A stretch of 64,000 nucleotides of DNA from Candidatus Latescibacterota bacterium (GTDB lineage Bacteria > Latescibacterota > UBA2968). Shown here one piece after another: positions 9,137 to 18,603 of this stretch (position 1 is the stretch's first letter; each line of letters begins with the position of its first letter). The notes beneath the pieces are model-generated. The model searched no databases. It saw only the letters and a list, made by a program, of their open reading frames with translations, and was not told where the DNA came from. Both the position numbers and the translations under genes were made by a program. Location of the stretch: contig OZ242320.1 in assembly GCA_965208125.1 (NCBI GenBank), positions 2,080,001 through 2,144,000 on the forward strand, in the 5' to 3' direction.

Positions 9137-11494
9137 TTACTCATCTCTCAATGCGTCCGCCGGGTTTGCGCGTGCGGCTTTAAGGGTTTGGGTGGTGACG
9201 GTTGTGAGTACGACCAGGAACATGAACACGCTGCCGAGTAAGAATGCGCCAATACCTAACTCGGTGCGGTAGGCGAAGGTTTGCAACCATTGATTGGTGG
9301 CGTAATAGGCGATTGGGAATGCGATGAGGCTTGATAGGGCGATGTAGAGGACAAATTCTCGTGATAGCAGGGATAGGATTTGCGTCTGGGATGCGCCCAG
9401 GACTTTGCGGATGCCGATTTCTTTGGTGCGTCGTGCGCCAGCTAATGCAGCGAGTCCGAATGCGCCGAGTGCGGCGATGAAGATGGCGAATCCTGTGGCG
9501 TATTGGATCATGAGATTCCAGCGTTCTTCTTTTTTGTATTGTTTGTCTAAGTTTTCATTGATGAATGAGAATCTGAATGCATGATTGGGTGCGACTTTTT
9601 CCCATTGTTCTTTGATAAAAGTGATGGTGCCGGGCACATTTTCGGGGCGAATGCGAACCCACAAGGACCATTGACCCGTAGAGAGGGGCATAATGGCAGG
9701 TGCAATTTTACGATGCAGGGAGCTAAAATGGAAATCGCGGACAACGCCAATGATGGTCTGGGACCATGATGTTCCACGGTTGATGGTTTTGCCGACGGGG
9801 TCTTCTATACCGAATTGTTGGATGAGTGCTTCATTGACAAGGATTGATTCTTTGGCATCGGTTGAAAAGTCTCTATTGTATTCTCGACCTGCAACGAGTG
9901 TCATGTCGAGCGTTTTGAACAAATCGTAATCAATGTAGATGTTTTCAACAAGGTGCTCCGGACTTCCGTCATAACTTATATAAGTTCGGGATCCCATGCT
10001 GCTGTTTAAACTGTGACCAAGCCAGGTCGTGCTGATTATTGAGGGATGAGACAGCAGCAAATCCCGAAAAACGGTTGGCAGAGTTTTGTTTTCTCTTTGC
10101 AGTGCCTGGGTCTGAATGGCGATGATGTTTTCGGTTTGATACCCCAGAGGTTTGGTTCGTAAAAAAGTGAGTTGTTGGGCCATCATCAGGGTGGTGATGA
10201 TGAAGAATATGGATAGGGCAAACTGAAAGATGACCAGTATCTTGCCGAAACGATTGCCCGTTTTGATTTGCAATCGGCTGGTTATGATTTGGGTCGGCTG
10301 CAGTCGAGATAGGACAAAGGCGGGATAGCCCCCTGCTGTGATGCCGACGAGGCTGACCAGAAGGATGAGAAATGCAATAGTTGTAGCATTGAGGCCATCG
10401 CTTATGGACAAGGACTTTTCGGTCAGATTATTGAATGTTGGCAATGCGAGTTCTGCGATGGCAATGCCAACGATGAGTGCGATAAGGATGAGTAAGAGCG
10501 ATTCGCCGATAAATTGGTTTGCGATCTGCAGGCGTTTTGCGCCAACGACTTTTCGCAAGCCGACTTCTCGCGCCCGCGTTGCCTGCCTGCCGAGAGTTAG
10601 GGTGATGAAGTTGACGCAGGCGATAAATAATACGAGGATTGCGATGCCCGATAAGATGTATGAGTAAATTGGATTACTGCTATTGTGTACCCCCATGTAT
10701 GGCCCGAAATGCACCTGGGTGATAGGCAGGAGTTTGAGTTGGTCCTCGCTCTTTTCACCCCACCAGATTTTGGTCCATTTGGAGAATTGTTGTTCGACAC
10801 TATTTGGGGATACATTCGGGGGAAGCATTATATACGTAGTCAGGTAGTATATATTCCATCGGCTTGGGGCATGCATCCTGGGGTTTGGTTCAAATGGCAG
10901 TAGTATGTCAAATTGAAGCGTAGAATTTTTGGGCGCGTTTTGCACAATGCCCGTGATGGTGTAGTTTTGAATTTTCTCTCCGCGTTGAATTGGAAGCAGT
11001 TCTCCGACGGGGTTGGCTTTGTTGAAATATTTCTGTGCTGTTTTTTCTGTTATGAGTGCGGAGTATTTGTCTTTAAGGGCATTCGTAGCGTCGCCGTGGA
11101 GGACTGGAAAGGAAAAAATGTCGAGGAAGTGAGGATCAACATAACCCAACTGTGCCCGAAAAGCGTGATCTTCTGTTCCAATTTTTCCTCTGTCAATGCT
11201 GAAGCGAATCGTCTGGATGTCTGGAAATGCTTCTGCTATTGCGGGTCCGAGGGGGTCTGGTGTTATACCAGAAATAAGGCCGTCATTTTGTCTATAAATC
11301 AGATAGGTGTAGTTGGCGTTTTCGTGAAAGGTGTCGTAGGTCCATTCATGGTAGGTAAAGAGGTAGGTGATAATGCAGAAGGCGAGGCCGATGGCGAGGC
11401 CGATGATGTTGATGGCCGAGTAGATGCGGTGTCTGGCGAGGTTGCGGATCGCTGTTTTCAGATAGCTACTGAATAAAGATATTTCAGAGAACAT
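9137..11494 (-). CDS. MacB/FtsX-family ABC permease
   Basis: 785 aa with the same motifs. Confidence 0.93.
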   Translation of the reverse strand: MFSEISLFSSYLKTAIRNLARHRIYSAINIIGLAIGLAFCIITYLFTYHEWTYDTFHENANYTYLIYRQNDGLISGITPDPLGPAIAEAFPDIQTIRFSIDRGKIGTEDHAFRAQLGYVDPHFLDIFSFPVLHGDATNALKDKYSALITEKTAQKYFNKANPVGELLPIQRGEKIQNYTITGIVQNAPKNSTLQFDILLPFEPNPRMHAPSRWNIYYLTTYIMLPPNVSPNSVEQQFSKWTKIWWGEKSEDQLKLLPITQVHFGPYMGVHNSSNPIYSYILSGIAILVLFIACVNFITLTLGRQATRAREVGLRKVVGAKRLQIANQFIGESLLLILIALIVGIAIAELALPTFNNLTEKSLSISDGLNATTIAFLILLVSLVGITAGGYPAFVLSRLQPTQIITSRLQIKTGNRFGKILVIFQFALSIFFIITTLMMAQQLTFLRTKPLGYQTENIIAIQTQALQRENKTLPTVFRDLLLSHPSIISTTWLGHSLNSSMGSRTYISYDGSPEHLVENIYIDYDLFKTLDMTLVAGREYNRDFSTDAKESILVNEALIQQFGIEDPVGKTINRGTSWSQTIIGVVRDFHFSSLHRKIAPAIMPLSTGQWSLWVRIRPENVPGTITFIKEQWEKVAPNHAFRFSFINENLDKQYKKEERWNLMIQYATGFAIFIAALGAFGLAALAGARRTKEIGIRKVLGASQTQILSLLSREFVLYIALSSLIAFPIAYYATNQWLQTFAYRTELGIGAFLLGSVFMFLVVLTTVTTQTLKAARANPADALRDE

Positions 11495-11546
11495 TGGTTT
11501 CTCCTGTTTATGGTGTGAAATAAACTTTGTATTTCAGCAGGTGCAG

Positions 11547-12128
11547 TCAGCTCGCCCAGCCTCCGACCTCTTGTTTTTCCAGCGCGCGTTTTAGTTGGTG
11601 ACGCCCGCGGTGGAGCCAGATTTTCACGGATCCGAGGGGTGCTTGCATTTCCCATACGATTTCGCGGTAGGACAGTTCTTTTATGTAGCGAAGCCACATT
11701 GCGCGTTGTTGTACTTTAGGCAGTGTGCGCAAGCCCTGTGTTAAGAGTTGATGGCGTTCTTTTTGTATGACGCTGTCTTCTGGCGTTGTCAGAGTGATTG
11801 GTTCGGGCATGTGTCGCGCTGCTGTTTCCATGCCGTTTTTTCGGGATAGCCGGGACCGAAGGTGTGACCGCCCGACGTTGATGGCAATGCGCGTCAGATA
11901 GGTTGTGAATGCCGATTCACCGCGAAAATGGCGCAGGCTCTGGAAGACTTTCATGAATACCACCTGCATCAGGTCTTCGGTTTCCTCGCGGTCCTGCACA
12001 TATCGCCCGACAATGGCGCGCACGCGATTCTGGTGCAGATGGTAGAGTTTGCCAAACGCGCTTTTGTCACCGGCTTTGATCATGTGGATCAATTGCACAT
12101 CGTTTTCTATGTCCGATCGTTTATTCAT
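11547..12128 (-). CDS. ECF RNA polymerase sigma factor
   Basis: GDKSAFGKLY; EDLMQVVFMKVF...FRGESAFTTYLTRIAIN; region 4 LSYREI...PLGSVKIWLHRGR. Confidence 0.92.
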   Translation of the reverse strand: MNKRSDIENDVQLIHMIKAGDKSAFGKLYHLHQNRVRAIVGRYVQDREETEDLMQVVFMKVFQSLRHFRGESAFTTYLTRIAINVGRSHLRSRLSRKNGMETAARHMPEPITLTTPEDSVIQKERHQLLTQGLRTLPKVQQRAMWLRYIKELSYREIVWEMQAPLGSVKIWLHRGRHQLKRALEKQEVGGWAS

Positions 12129-14484
12129 ATCGCAATGCCTCCACGGGATTCATTTTTGCCGCTTTCACGGCTTGCAGGCTCACTGTTCCGATTACGACCA
12201 GGAGTGTCAGTACACCGCCCAGCGCGAATGCCCCGATGCCCAGTTCAATTCGATACGCGAAGTCCGATAGCCATTTGCTCATTGTCCAATAGGCGACTGG
12301 CCAGGCAAGTACGTTTGCTATGCCTACCAGCAGTACGAATTCGCGCGATAGTAAACGCACTACGTTTGTGACGCTGGCACCCAATATTTTGCGAATGCCG
12401 ATTTCTTTGGTGCGCCGGGTCACGGCGAGTGCTGTCAATCCAAATGCGCCCAGGCACGCGATAAAAATGGCAAACAGGGTTCCGTATCCGATCATGCGAT
12501 GCCAGCGCTCTTCGGTTCGGTATTGGCGGTCGATGCCTTCATCGAGAAATGAATAGCGGAATTCCGGGGATTGTGTTACGGCTTCCCATTGCGCTTTCAT
12601 GAATGTCAGTGTGCCGGGGATGTCTTCGGCACGCACCCGGACCAGCAGGTGGCTAAATTTATTTTTCGGGTTGCATTTCAGGAGTGCGGGACCAATTTTG
12701 TGGTGGAGAGAGCGAAAATGGAAATCGTTTACTACGCCGATTACTGTCATATCATCGAAGAATTTCAGTGTTTTTCCGAGGGATGGTCCCGGTCCCAGTT
12801 GTTTGGCCAGGGTTTGGTTGATGATTACAGACGCGGTGGGGTCTGTCACGAGTTCTCGTGCATAATTTCGGCCTTCGATCAATTTGATGTCGAGGGTTGG
12901 TACAAAGTCGTAATCGACAAAGAAGATCTCCACGCCTTTTAAGGTTGTTCCTTCATGTACCACAGCCCCGCGCGACTGGTATCCATTGCGCATCATGTGA
13001 TATATGGGGGTCACACCGAGAATTGCGTGATGGGATAACAGGGCGTCCCGATAGGTTTCAATGCCTTTTGGGCTCAGGTCTCGCAGCTTGCTGAGGCGGC
13101 TTACGGCAATCAGGTGTTCGCTGTCAAATCCCAGGGGTTTGGTTCGCAAATAGTCGAGTTGAGAGGTCATAATGAGGGCACTGATGACCAGGACCGCAGA
13201 CATCGCGATCTGGAAGACCACGAGAAACTGGCTGAAAAGTCCCGCGCTGACAATTTTCAATCTGCCTTTGAGTACGTGGATTGGCATAAAGCCGGATAGG
13301 ACAAAGGCTGGATAGGTACCTGCGAGCAGGCCGACAATTAGAGTTAGACCCATTAGCGAGGCAAATGCCAGGCTATCCAGATGTGCAATCAGGGATAGTT
13401 TTTGCGCCATGAGGTTGTTGAACAATGGCATTAAAAGTTCTGATAGTGCGAGTCCGATTACAAATGCTATGAGGCTTAAGAGTACGGATTCTGTGAGGAA
13501 TTGCACGATGACCTGGGGCTTGTGTGCGCCAACGACTTTGCGGATGCCGATTTCCCGCGCTCGAGAGGCTGACCGTCCCTGTGCGAGGGTCATAAAGTTC
13601 ACGCAGGCGACAAAGAGGACCAGGGCTGTGATGCACAACAGGATGTAGCTGTATGCCGGGTCAGTGGCGGGTTCAGGCGCGCGGATATTTGGATTGAAAT
13701 GCACATCGGCAAGGGGCTGCAATTTCAGTTCCTGGTTTTCCCCCGTGATGGGCCACGACCAGTTTATAAAACGCGGAAGTAATTTTTCTATGTCTTCGGA
13801 GCGAGCCTGATTGTGGAGCAAGACGTAAGTACTGGTGTTGCCTGTGTAATTCCACGAGTTGAGCGCGTCTTCGACATTCTCATAGGACTGGATGCAGCCG
13901 AACTGAATGCTGGATGTTTCGGGGGTGTCTTTCGCTATGCCGGTAATCAGAGCTTGATGGATTTTTGAGTTTCGGGTGAAAGAGAACGATTTCCCCATTG
14001 GGTCGGTGTTGCCGAAAAATTTTTGGGCGACGGTTTCCGATATGATCATGGCATCTTTGCTATTCAGTGCTGTTGCGGGGTCGCCTTTTATCAGGGGAAA
14101 TGAAAAGACGTCCCAGAAACCTGGATCGACGTAAATAACGCGCTCTTGAGATGAATGGTCGCCATATTGGAATGTGCGAGAAGTGGCATAGATTCTGACG
14201 ACGTGTTGCATTTTTGTGGGGAATGCTTCTGTCAATGCCGGACCGAGGGGTCCCGGCATAGCAGCCGAGGCATCGCTGCCTTCTCCCACTTCTCCTCTAT
14301 TGTAAACGCGATAAATCCGATCTGCTTTTTCGTGGAATGCGTCAAAGGACCATTCGTGTCGCACATACAGGAATGTCAAGATGCAAAACGCAATGCCGAT
14401 TGCCAGGCCGGTGATGTTGATCGCGGAATACACTTTGTAACGCACGAGGTTGCGATACGCTACGATCAGATAGTTGCGGAGCAT
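12121..14484 (-). CDS. MacB/FtsX-family ABC permease
   Basis: 787 aa; its stop overlaps the ECF start. Confidence 0.93.
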   Translation of the reverse strand: MLRNYLIVAYRNLVRYKVYSAINITGLAIGIAFCILTFLYVRHEWSFDAFHEKADRIYRVYNRGEVGEGSDASAAMPGPLGPALTEAFPTKMQHVVRIYATSRTFQYGDHSSQERVIYVDPGFWDVFSFPLIKGDPATALNSKDAMIISETVAQKFFGNTDPMGKSFSFTRNSKIHQALITGIAKDTPETSSIQFGCIQSYENVEDALNSWNYTGNTSTYVLLHNQARSEDIEKLLPRFINWSWPITGENQELKLQPLADVHFNPNIRAPEPATDPAYSYILLCITALVLFVACVNFMTLAQGRSASRAREIGIRKVVGAHKPQVIVQFLTESVLLSLIAFVIGLALSELLMPLFNNLMAQKLSLIAHLDSLAFASLMGLTLIVGLLAGTYPAFVLSGFMPIHVLKGRLKIVSAGLFSQFLVVFQIAMSAVLVISALIMTSQLDYLRTKPLGFDSEHLIAVSRLSKLRDLSPKGIETYRDALLSHHAILGVTPIYHMMRNGYQSRGAVVHEGTTLKGVEIFFVDYDFVPTLDIKLIEGRNYARELVTDPTASVIINQTLAKQLGPGPSLGKTLKFFDDMTVIGVVNDFHFRSLHHKIGPALLKCNPKNKFSHLLVRVRAEDIPGTLTFMKAQWEAVTQSPEFRYSFLDEGIDRQYRTEERWHRMIGYGTLFAIFIACLGAFGLTALAVTRRTKEIGIRKILGASVTNVVRLLSREFVLLVGIANVLAWPVAYWTMSKWLSDFAYRIELGIGAFALGGVLTLLVVIGTVSLQAVKAAKMNPVEALRYE

Positions 14485-14531
14485 TTTATTCTCCTTAGAT
14501 GTCGTCGCGTGTTCTTTGTGCCCATTTTATA

Positions 14532-14548
14532 TGCAATAATCGTGCCAA
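14532..14548 (-). promoter_or_regulatory. Sigma-54 -24/-12 promoter
   Basis: Minus strand reads TTGGCACGATTATTGCA, a consensus match about 50 nt upstream of ATG 14484. Confidence 0.88.
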
Positions 14549-14608
14549 AAGATACAAGTTTTGAAATAACAGTAATTTATGAAAATTGCTTGAAATTAGC
14601 AGTTTAGA

Positions 14609-14650
14609 AAGTGTCCGATTTTGATACAGTAGTGTCCGAAAATGAACACT
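14609..14650. promoter_or_regulatory. Putative enhancer (UAS) for a sigma-54 activator, copy 2
   Basis: Near-identical to 5902-5943 and at the same distance from its promoter. Confidence 0.75.
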
Positions 14651-14696
14651 TGTAAGGGATGGGAGGAGGGATGGGAGAGGGAATTTGCCGCGTAAA

Positions 14697-15860
14697 TTAT
14701 GAACTTCTACCCGGTATCCGAAATACCAGCACAACGCCGAGCAACATCAAGATCGCGCTGATTTCAAAAGCCCGGCGCAGGCTATAAGCGTCTGCCATGA
14801 TGCCGAGGAGCAACATTGCGACACCTCGAAGCGCGAATCCTGCGCCCATGTAAAGGCCATTGGCAAATGCTCGGTTTTCTGGGCAGCTTTCCTGTACCAT
14901 TGCCATGACCACGGGACCGGTGGAGAGGGCGACAAAGCCCAGGATGATTAAGATGGGAAATAAGGCCCAGCCCTGGGTTCCGAGAAAGACAAATAGGAGG
15001 AGGGGAGTTGCGATCATGGAGAATCCGAGTATTTGTTTGCGTCCCCATCGGTCGCTTACCCATCCGCCGATTAGCGCGCCGCCAATGCCCGCGCCTTCCA
15101 GTACGGAAAGAGATGCGCCCGATAGCCACAAGCTGGCGCCTTCTTCGGTCAAAAAGGTGGGCAGGAATGCGGTCAGGGAGGCCATCATGAATGCGCGGAC
15201 AAAGACAATGCCCGATAGGGGTACCATGACCGGTGCCATACGTTTTAAGGCGGCTTGCCAGGTCAGTGCCTTATAGGCTGAGATGACGCGGCTGGCAACG
15301 CTTCTCATTCGCAATAAGAGTATCAGCGAGGCCAAAACTCCGGCGGGTATCAGATAGGTTGTTCCGGCGATTCCCCACAGGCCGATGACGCTTACGATTA
15401 ATATAGGTCCCAGGGTGCGACCGAGTTCACCGCATAACATCCAGATGCCCATTCCGCGACCGAGGTTGGAGCCTGAGAGCGTTCCGGCCATTGCGGGTCC
15501 AACGGCGTGAAACGCCGCGGAGCTAAATCCCGTGATTAATAGTAGCACGACGAGGGCGAGATAACCGTGCGCTATGCCGAGCAGGCTCATGGCGATGCCC
15601 GTTATTGCGGGTCCCAGGATTACGAGAGATCGCAAGTTCAGGCGGTCTGCCTGATGTCCGATGATGGGTTGAAATACCGAGGGGGCCTGTCTGAAGACCA
15701 TTAACAGACTGGCTTCGGTTTTGGATAGGGATAGGGTTTGAATGAAAATGGGGAGTAAGGGGGGTAAGAATCCGCTATATGTGTCGTGTACTGCATGCCC
15801 ACCGGAGAGGGTGATTACGTCGCGGGTCTGAAAACGGCTGTTATTACTATTTGAGGACAA
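14697..15860 (-). CDS. MFS transporter (Fsr-like)
   Basis: About 12 hydrophobic segments; GHQADR and GGWVSDRWGRK loop motifs; GHAVHDTY and AAFH. Confidence 0.88.
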   Translation of the reverse strand: MSSNSNNSRFQTRDVITLSGGHAVHDTYSGFLPPLLPIFIQTLSLSKTEASLLMVFRQAPSVFQPIIGHQADRLNLRSLVILGPAITGIAMSLLGIAHGYLALVVLLLITGFSSAAFHAVGPAMAGTLSGSNLGRGMGIWMLCGELGRTLGPILIVSVIGLWGIAGTTYLIPAGVLASLILLLRMRSVASRVISAYKALTWQAALKRMAPVMVPLSGIVFVRAFMMASLTAFLPTFLTEEGASLWLSGASLSVLEGAGIGGALIGGWVSDRWGRKQILGFSMIATPLLLFVFLGTQGWALFPILIILGFVALSTGPVVMAMVQESCPENRAFANGLYMGAGFALRGVAMLLLGIMADAYSLRRAFEISAILMLLGVVLVFRIPGRSS

Positions 15861-15869
15861 GGATAGGGC

Positions 15870-16406
15870 TTACAGTTTGATGACGGCGATGAGAATGCCC
15901 GTTATTGCGACCATGGTCGTGATGAGATAGGTGAAACGGGAATCAATGCGCTTATTTGTCTCGATTATCTGCAGGCGCAACTCTTTACTGTCTTCACGCA
16001 TCTGCAGGCGCAGTGACTGGTTGACCTCTTCAATGCGCTGTCCGAGTGACTGGTTGACCTCTTCAATGCGCTGTCCGAGTGACTGGTTGACCTCTTCAAT
16101 GCGTTGTCCGAGTGACTGGTTGACCTCTTCAATACGCTGTCCCAGAGACAGGTTGCCGTTATCAATACGCTGTCCGAGTGACTGACTGAACTGGTCAATG
16201 CGGTTATTCGTCTCGTCAATGCGCTGTCCCAGGGATTGGTTAACCTCATCAATGCGCTTATTTGTCTCAGCAATCTGCTCACGCAATTCTTTGCTGTCTT
16301 CGCGCATCTGCAGGCGTATGTCTTGCAGGTCTTCGCGTAGATACGCAATGCCCCAATGGGTATTATCGTCAGATGTGGTCGCTTGAGATTCGGATGTTTC
16401 GGCCAT
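15870..16406 (-). CDS. Membrane-anchored coiled-coil protein with 11-aa repeats (DUF1640/CCDC90-like)
   Basis: QSLGQRIEEVN repeats and a single C-terminal transmembrane helix. Confidence 0.75.
   Translation of the reverse strand: MAETSESQATTSDDNTHWGIAYLREDLQDIRLQMREDSKELREQIAETNKRIDEVNQSLGQRIDETNNRIDQFSQSLGQRIDNGNLSLGQRIEEVNQSLGQRIEEVNQSLGQRIEEVNQSLGQRIEEVNQSLRLQMREDSKELRLQIIETNKRIDSRFTYLITTMVAITGILIAVIKL
16012..16143. repeat. 33-bp coding tandem repeat, 4 near-perfect copies (degenerate copies to about 16260)
   Basis: Unit AGTGACTGGTTGACCTCTTCAATGCGCTGTCCG starts at 16012, 16045, 16078 and 16111. Confidence 0.92.
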
Positions 16407-16571
16407 GATAGATCTCCTGTTTCTCTTTGGAGAGAGGGAGCGGAGTCATATAAACAAGATATGCTATCACAGCAAAAAGTCAATGGCCTATCGACTACTG
16501 CACCATAGGATAAGTTCAGCACTGCTTCTTAGGGTTGCGGGAATGTATTTGGGGTCATAATTTAATTAGAA

Positions 16572-16641
16572 GCTGGGACGGCACAGGGGCCGTCCCCTAC
16601 GATGACGGTTTGTTTGTAGGGGCGACTCCCTGTGGTCGCCC
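16572..16641. repeat. GTAG-type REP doublet
   Basis: GGGACGGCACAGGGGCCGTCCCCTAC...GTAGGGGCGACTCCCTGTGGTCGCCC; relatives at 24940, 26437, 37422 and 44258. Confidence 0.75.
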
Positions 16642-16673
16642 GTGGGCTGCCCATAATTACAAAGGATTATTAC

Positions 16674-17843
16674 ATGTCTGATTATCCCCCCATTCGCGCG
16701 ATTACTCGGGGACCTGAGTTCCACTGGTTTGGTTATTACGACAAGTGGCAAATAGATCCTTCAGGCCGATACGCGCTCGGCATGGCGGTCGATTTTGAAC
16801 ACCGGTCGCCTGAGGCGGATGATACGGTGGCGCTGGGTGTTATTGATATGAAGGATGGGGATACGTGGTCTGAATTCGGGCGCACGCGGGCCTGGTGCTG
16901 GCAACAGGGGTGTATGTTGCAGTGGATTCCCAATTCGGATACGGATGTTATTTTTAATGACCGCGAGGGAGATGCGTTTGTCTCGCGGATTTACAATGTG
17001 AAAACGGGGGCTGTTCGCACGCTTCCGCACGCGATTTATACGGTTTCACCCGATGGCAAGACCGCTATTGGCGCGGATTTTCGCCGGATTAATCATATGC
17101 GGCCCGGGTATGGGTATGCGGGGATTCCCGATCCCAATCGCGATGTGTGTGCGCCGGATGATGTGGGTGTTTATACTGTGGATCTGGAGACGGGTGAATC
17201 AAGGCTTGTTGTTGCGATTGCCGAGGTTGCTGCGATTCCGTATCCGCATGGCGATATTTCCGGGGCGCGGCATTATTTTAATCATTTGCTGTTTAATACG
17301 GATGGGTCGCGGTTCATTTTTTTGCATCGCTGGCGATTTGGCGAGGGCGGGTTTGATACGCGGATGATGACGGCAAGTGCCAATGGGTCAAATTTGCATG
17401 TGGTTGATGATTACGGCAAGATGTCGCATTTTATCTGGCGCGATGCAGAGACGATTCTCGGGTGGGCGTATCACCCGTCGCACGGGAATAAGTTTTATCA
17501 CTATCGGGATCTGACCGATGCGGAGCCAGAGGTGATTGGCGATGGGGTTATGACGGTTAATGGGCACTGTACGTATTTGCCGGGCAATGAGTGGATTCTC
17601 AACGATACGTATCCGTCACAGGGTGATCGCAATCAGATTCCGTATCTTTATAATGTTGCGACCGGCAGGCGCGTTGATCTGGGTGTTTTTCCGTCGCCGG
17701 AGCCTTATACGGGCGAATGGCGCTGTGATTTGCATCCGCGCTTTAGTCCCGATGGGCAGTTTGTGGTGATTGATTCGCCACATCTGGGCAATGGACGGCA
17801 GATGTATCGGATTGAGGTTGGTGATATAATAAAGGAGATATGA
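16674..17843 (+). CDS. Beta-propeller protein, oligogalacturonate-lyase/TolB-like
   Basis: HWFGYYDK, WCWQQGCMLQW, HYFNH, RCDLHPRFSPDG. Confidence 0.65.
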   Translation: MSDYPPIRAITRGPEFHWFGYYDKWQIDPSGRYALGMAVDFEHRSPEADDTVALGVIDMKDGDTWSEFGRTRAWCWQQGCMLQWIPNSDTDVIFNDREGDAFVSRIYNVKTGAVRTLPHAIYTVSPDGKTAIGADFRRINHMRPGYGYAGIPDPNRDVCAPDDVGVYTVDLETGESRLVVAIAEVAAIPYPHGDISGARHYFNHLLFNTDGSRFIFLHRWRFGEGGFDTRMMTASANGSNLHVVDDYGKMSHFIWRDAETILGWAYHPSHGNKFYHYRDLTDAEPEVIGDGVMTVNGHCTYLPGNEWILNDTYPSQGDRNQIPYLYNVATGRRVDLGVFPSPEPYTGEWRCDLHPRFSPDGQFVVIDSPHLGNGRQMYRIEVGDIIKEI

Positions 17844-17844
17844 G

Positions 17845-18588
17845 ATGGCTATAGCTGAAGCACCTGCGGTACTGACGGAAGAGGAGATGCTGCATTTTCG
17901 CACGCGAGGCTTTCTCGGTCCGTATCCGCTGTGTTCTGAGGCGGAGATGGCGGAGCTTCGCCCGGCGATTGAAGAGGTGCTGGAGACAGATCCGCCGAAT
18001 GGTAAGAATCGCATTCACAACCGGCATCTGGATAGTCGCGCGGTGTACGATTTGTCAACGCATCCCGAGATTCTCAATCGTATGGTGGCTCTGTACGGGG
18101 CGGATTTGTTGTTGTGGCGCACGAATTTTTTTATCAAATACAAGGGTACGAAGACGATTCCCTGGCATCAGGATTTCAATTATTGGCCGCTCGAGCCGCC
18201 GATTATTGTTTCGGCGTGGATTGCGGTGGATGCTTCGACTAAGGAGAATGGGAATTTGCAGCTTATTCCCGGGTCACATCGCAAAATTATTCCCCATGTC
18301 AAAGCTACGCCCGATGTGCAATTTCAGGAGATGGCCGATGCGGGGTATTACGATCCGGATGAACTGGTCGATCTGGAGATGCAGCCGGGCGAGTTTATCC
18401 TTTTTAATGAGCGCACGTTGCATCATTCGAAAGCCAATTTCTCGGATTTGCGGCGCATTGGTCTGGCGGTGCGCGCGATTCCTCCGATTGTCCATGTTCT
18501 CAGATACGATTCCGAAGATCATGCGCTTCCGGTTATTCATGGCGAGGATACGATGGGGTTTAATCGCGTTACACAGCCGCCGTTATAA
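17845..18588 (+). CDS. PhyH-family Fe(II)/2OG dioxygenase
   Basis: WHQD...ENGNLQLIPGSH...HHS...R. Confidence 0.9.
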   Translation: MAIAEAPAVLTEEEMLHFRTRGFLGPYPLCSEAEMAELRPAIEEVLETDPPNGKNRIHNRHLDSRAVYDLSTHPEILNRMVALYGADLLLWRTNFFIKYKGTKTIPWHQDFNYWPLEPPIIVSAWIAVDASTKENGNLQLIPGSHRKIIPHVKATPDVQFQEMADAGYYDPDELVDLEMQPGEFILFNERTLHHSKANFSDLRRIGLAVRAIPPIVHVLRYDSEDHALPVIHGEDTMGFNRVTQPPL

Positions 18589-18603
18589 TGAGGAACTTAT
18601 TGT

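Noticed and set aside
16012-16143. 33-bp repeats as a CRISPR array
   Set aside because: The units abut with no spacers, are in frame within a coding sequence, and no cas genes are present
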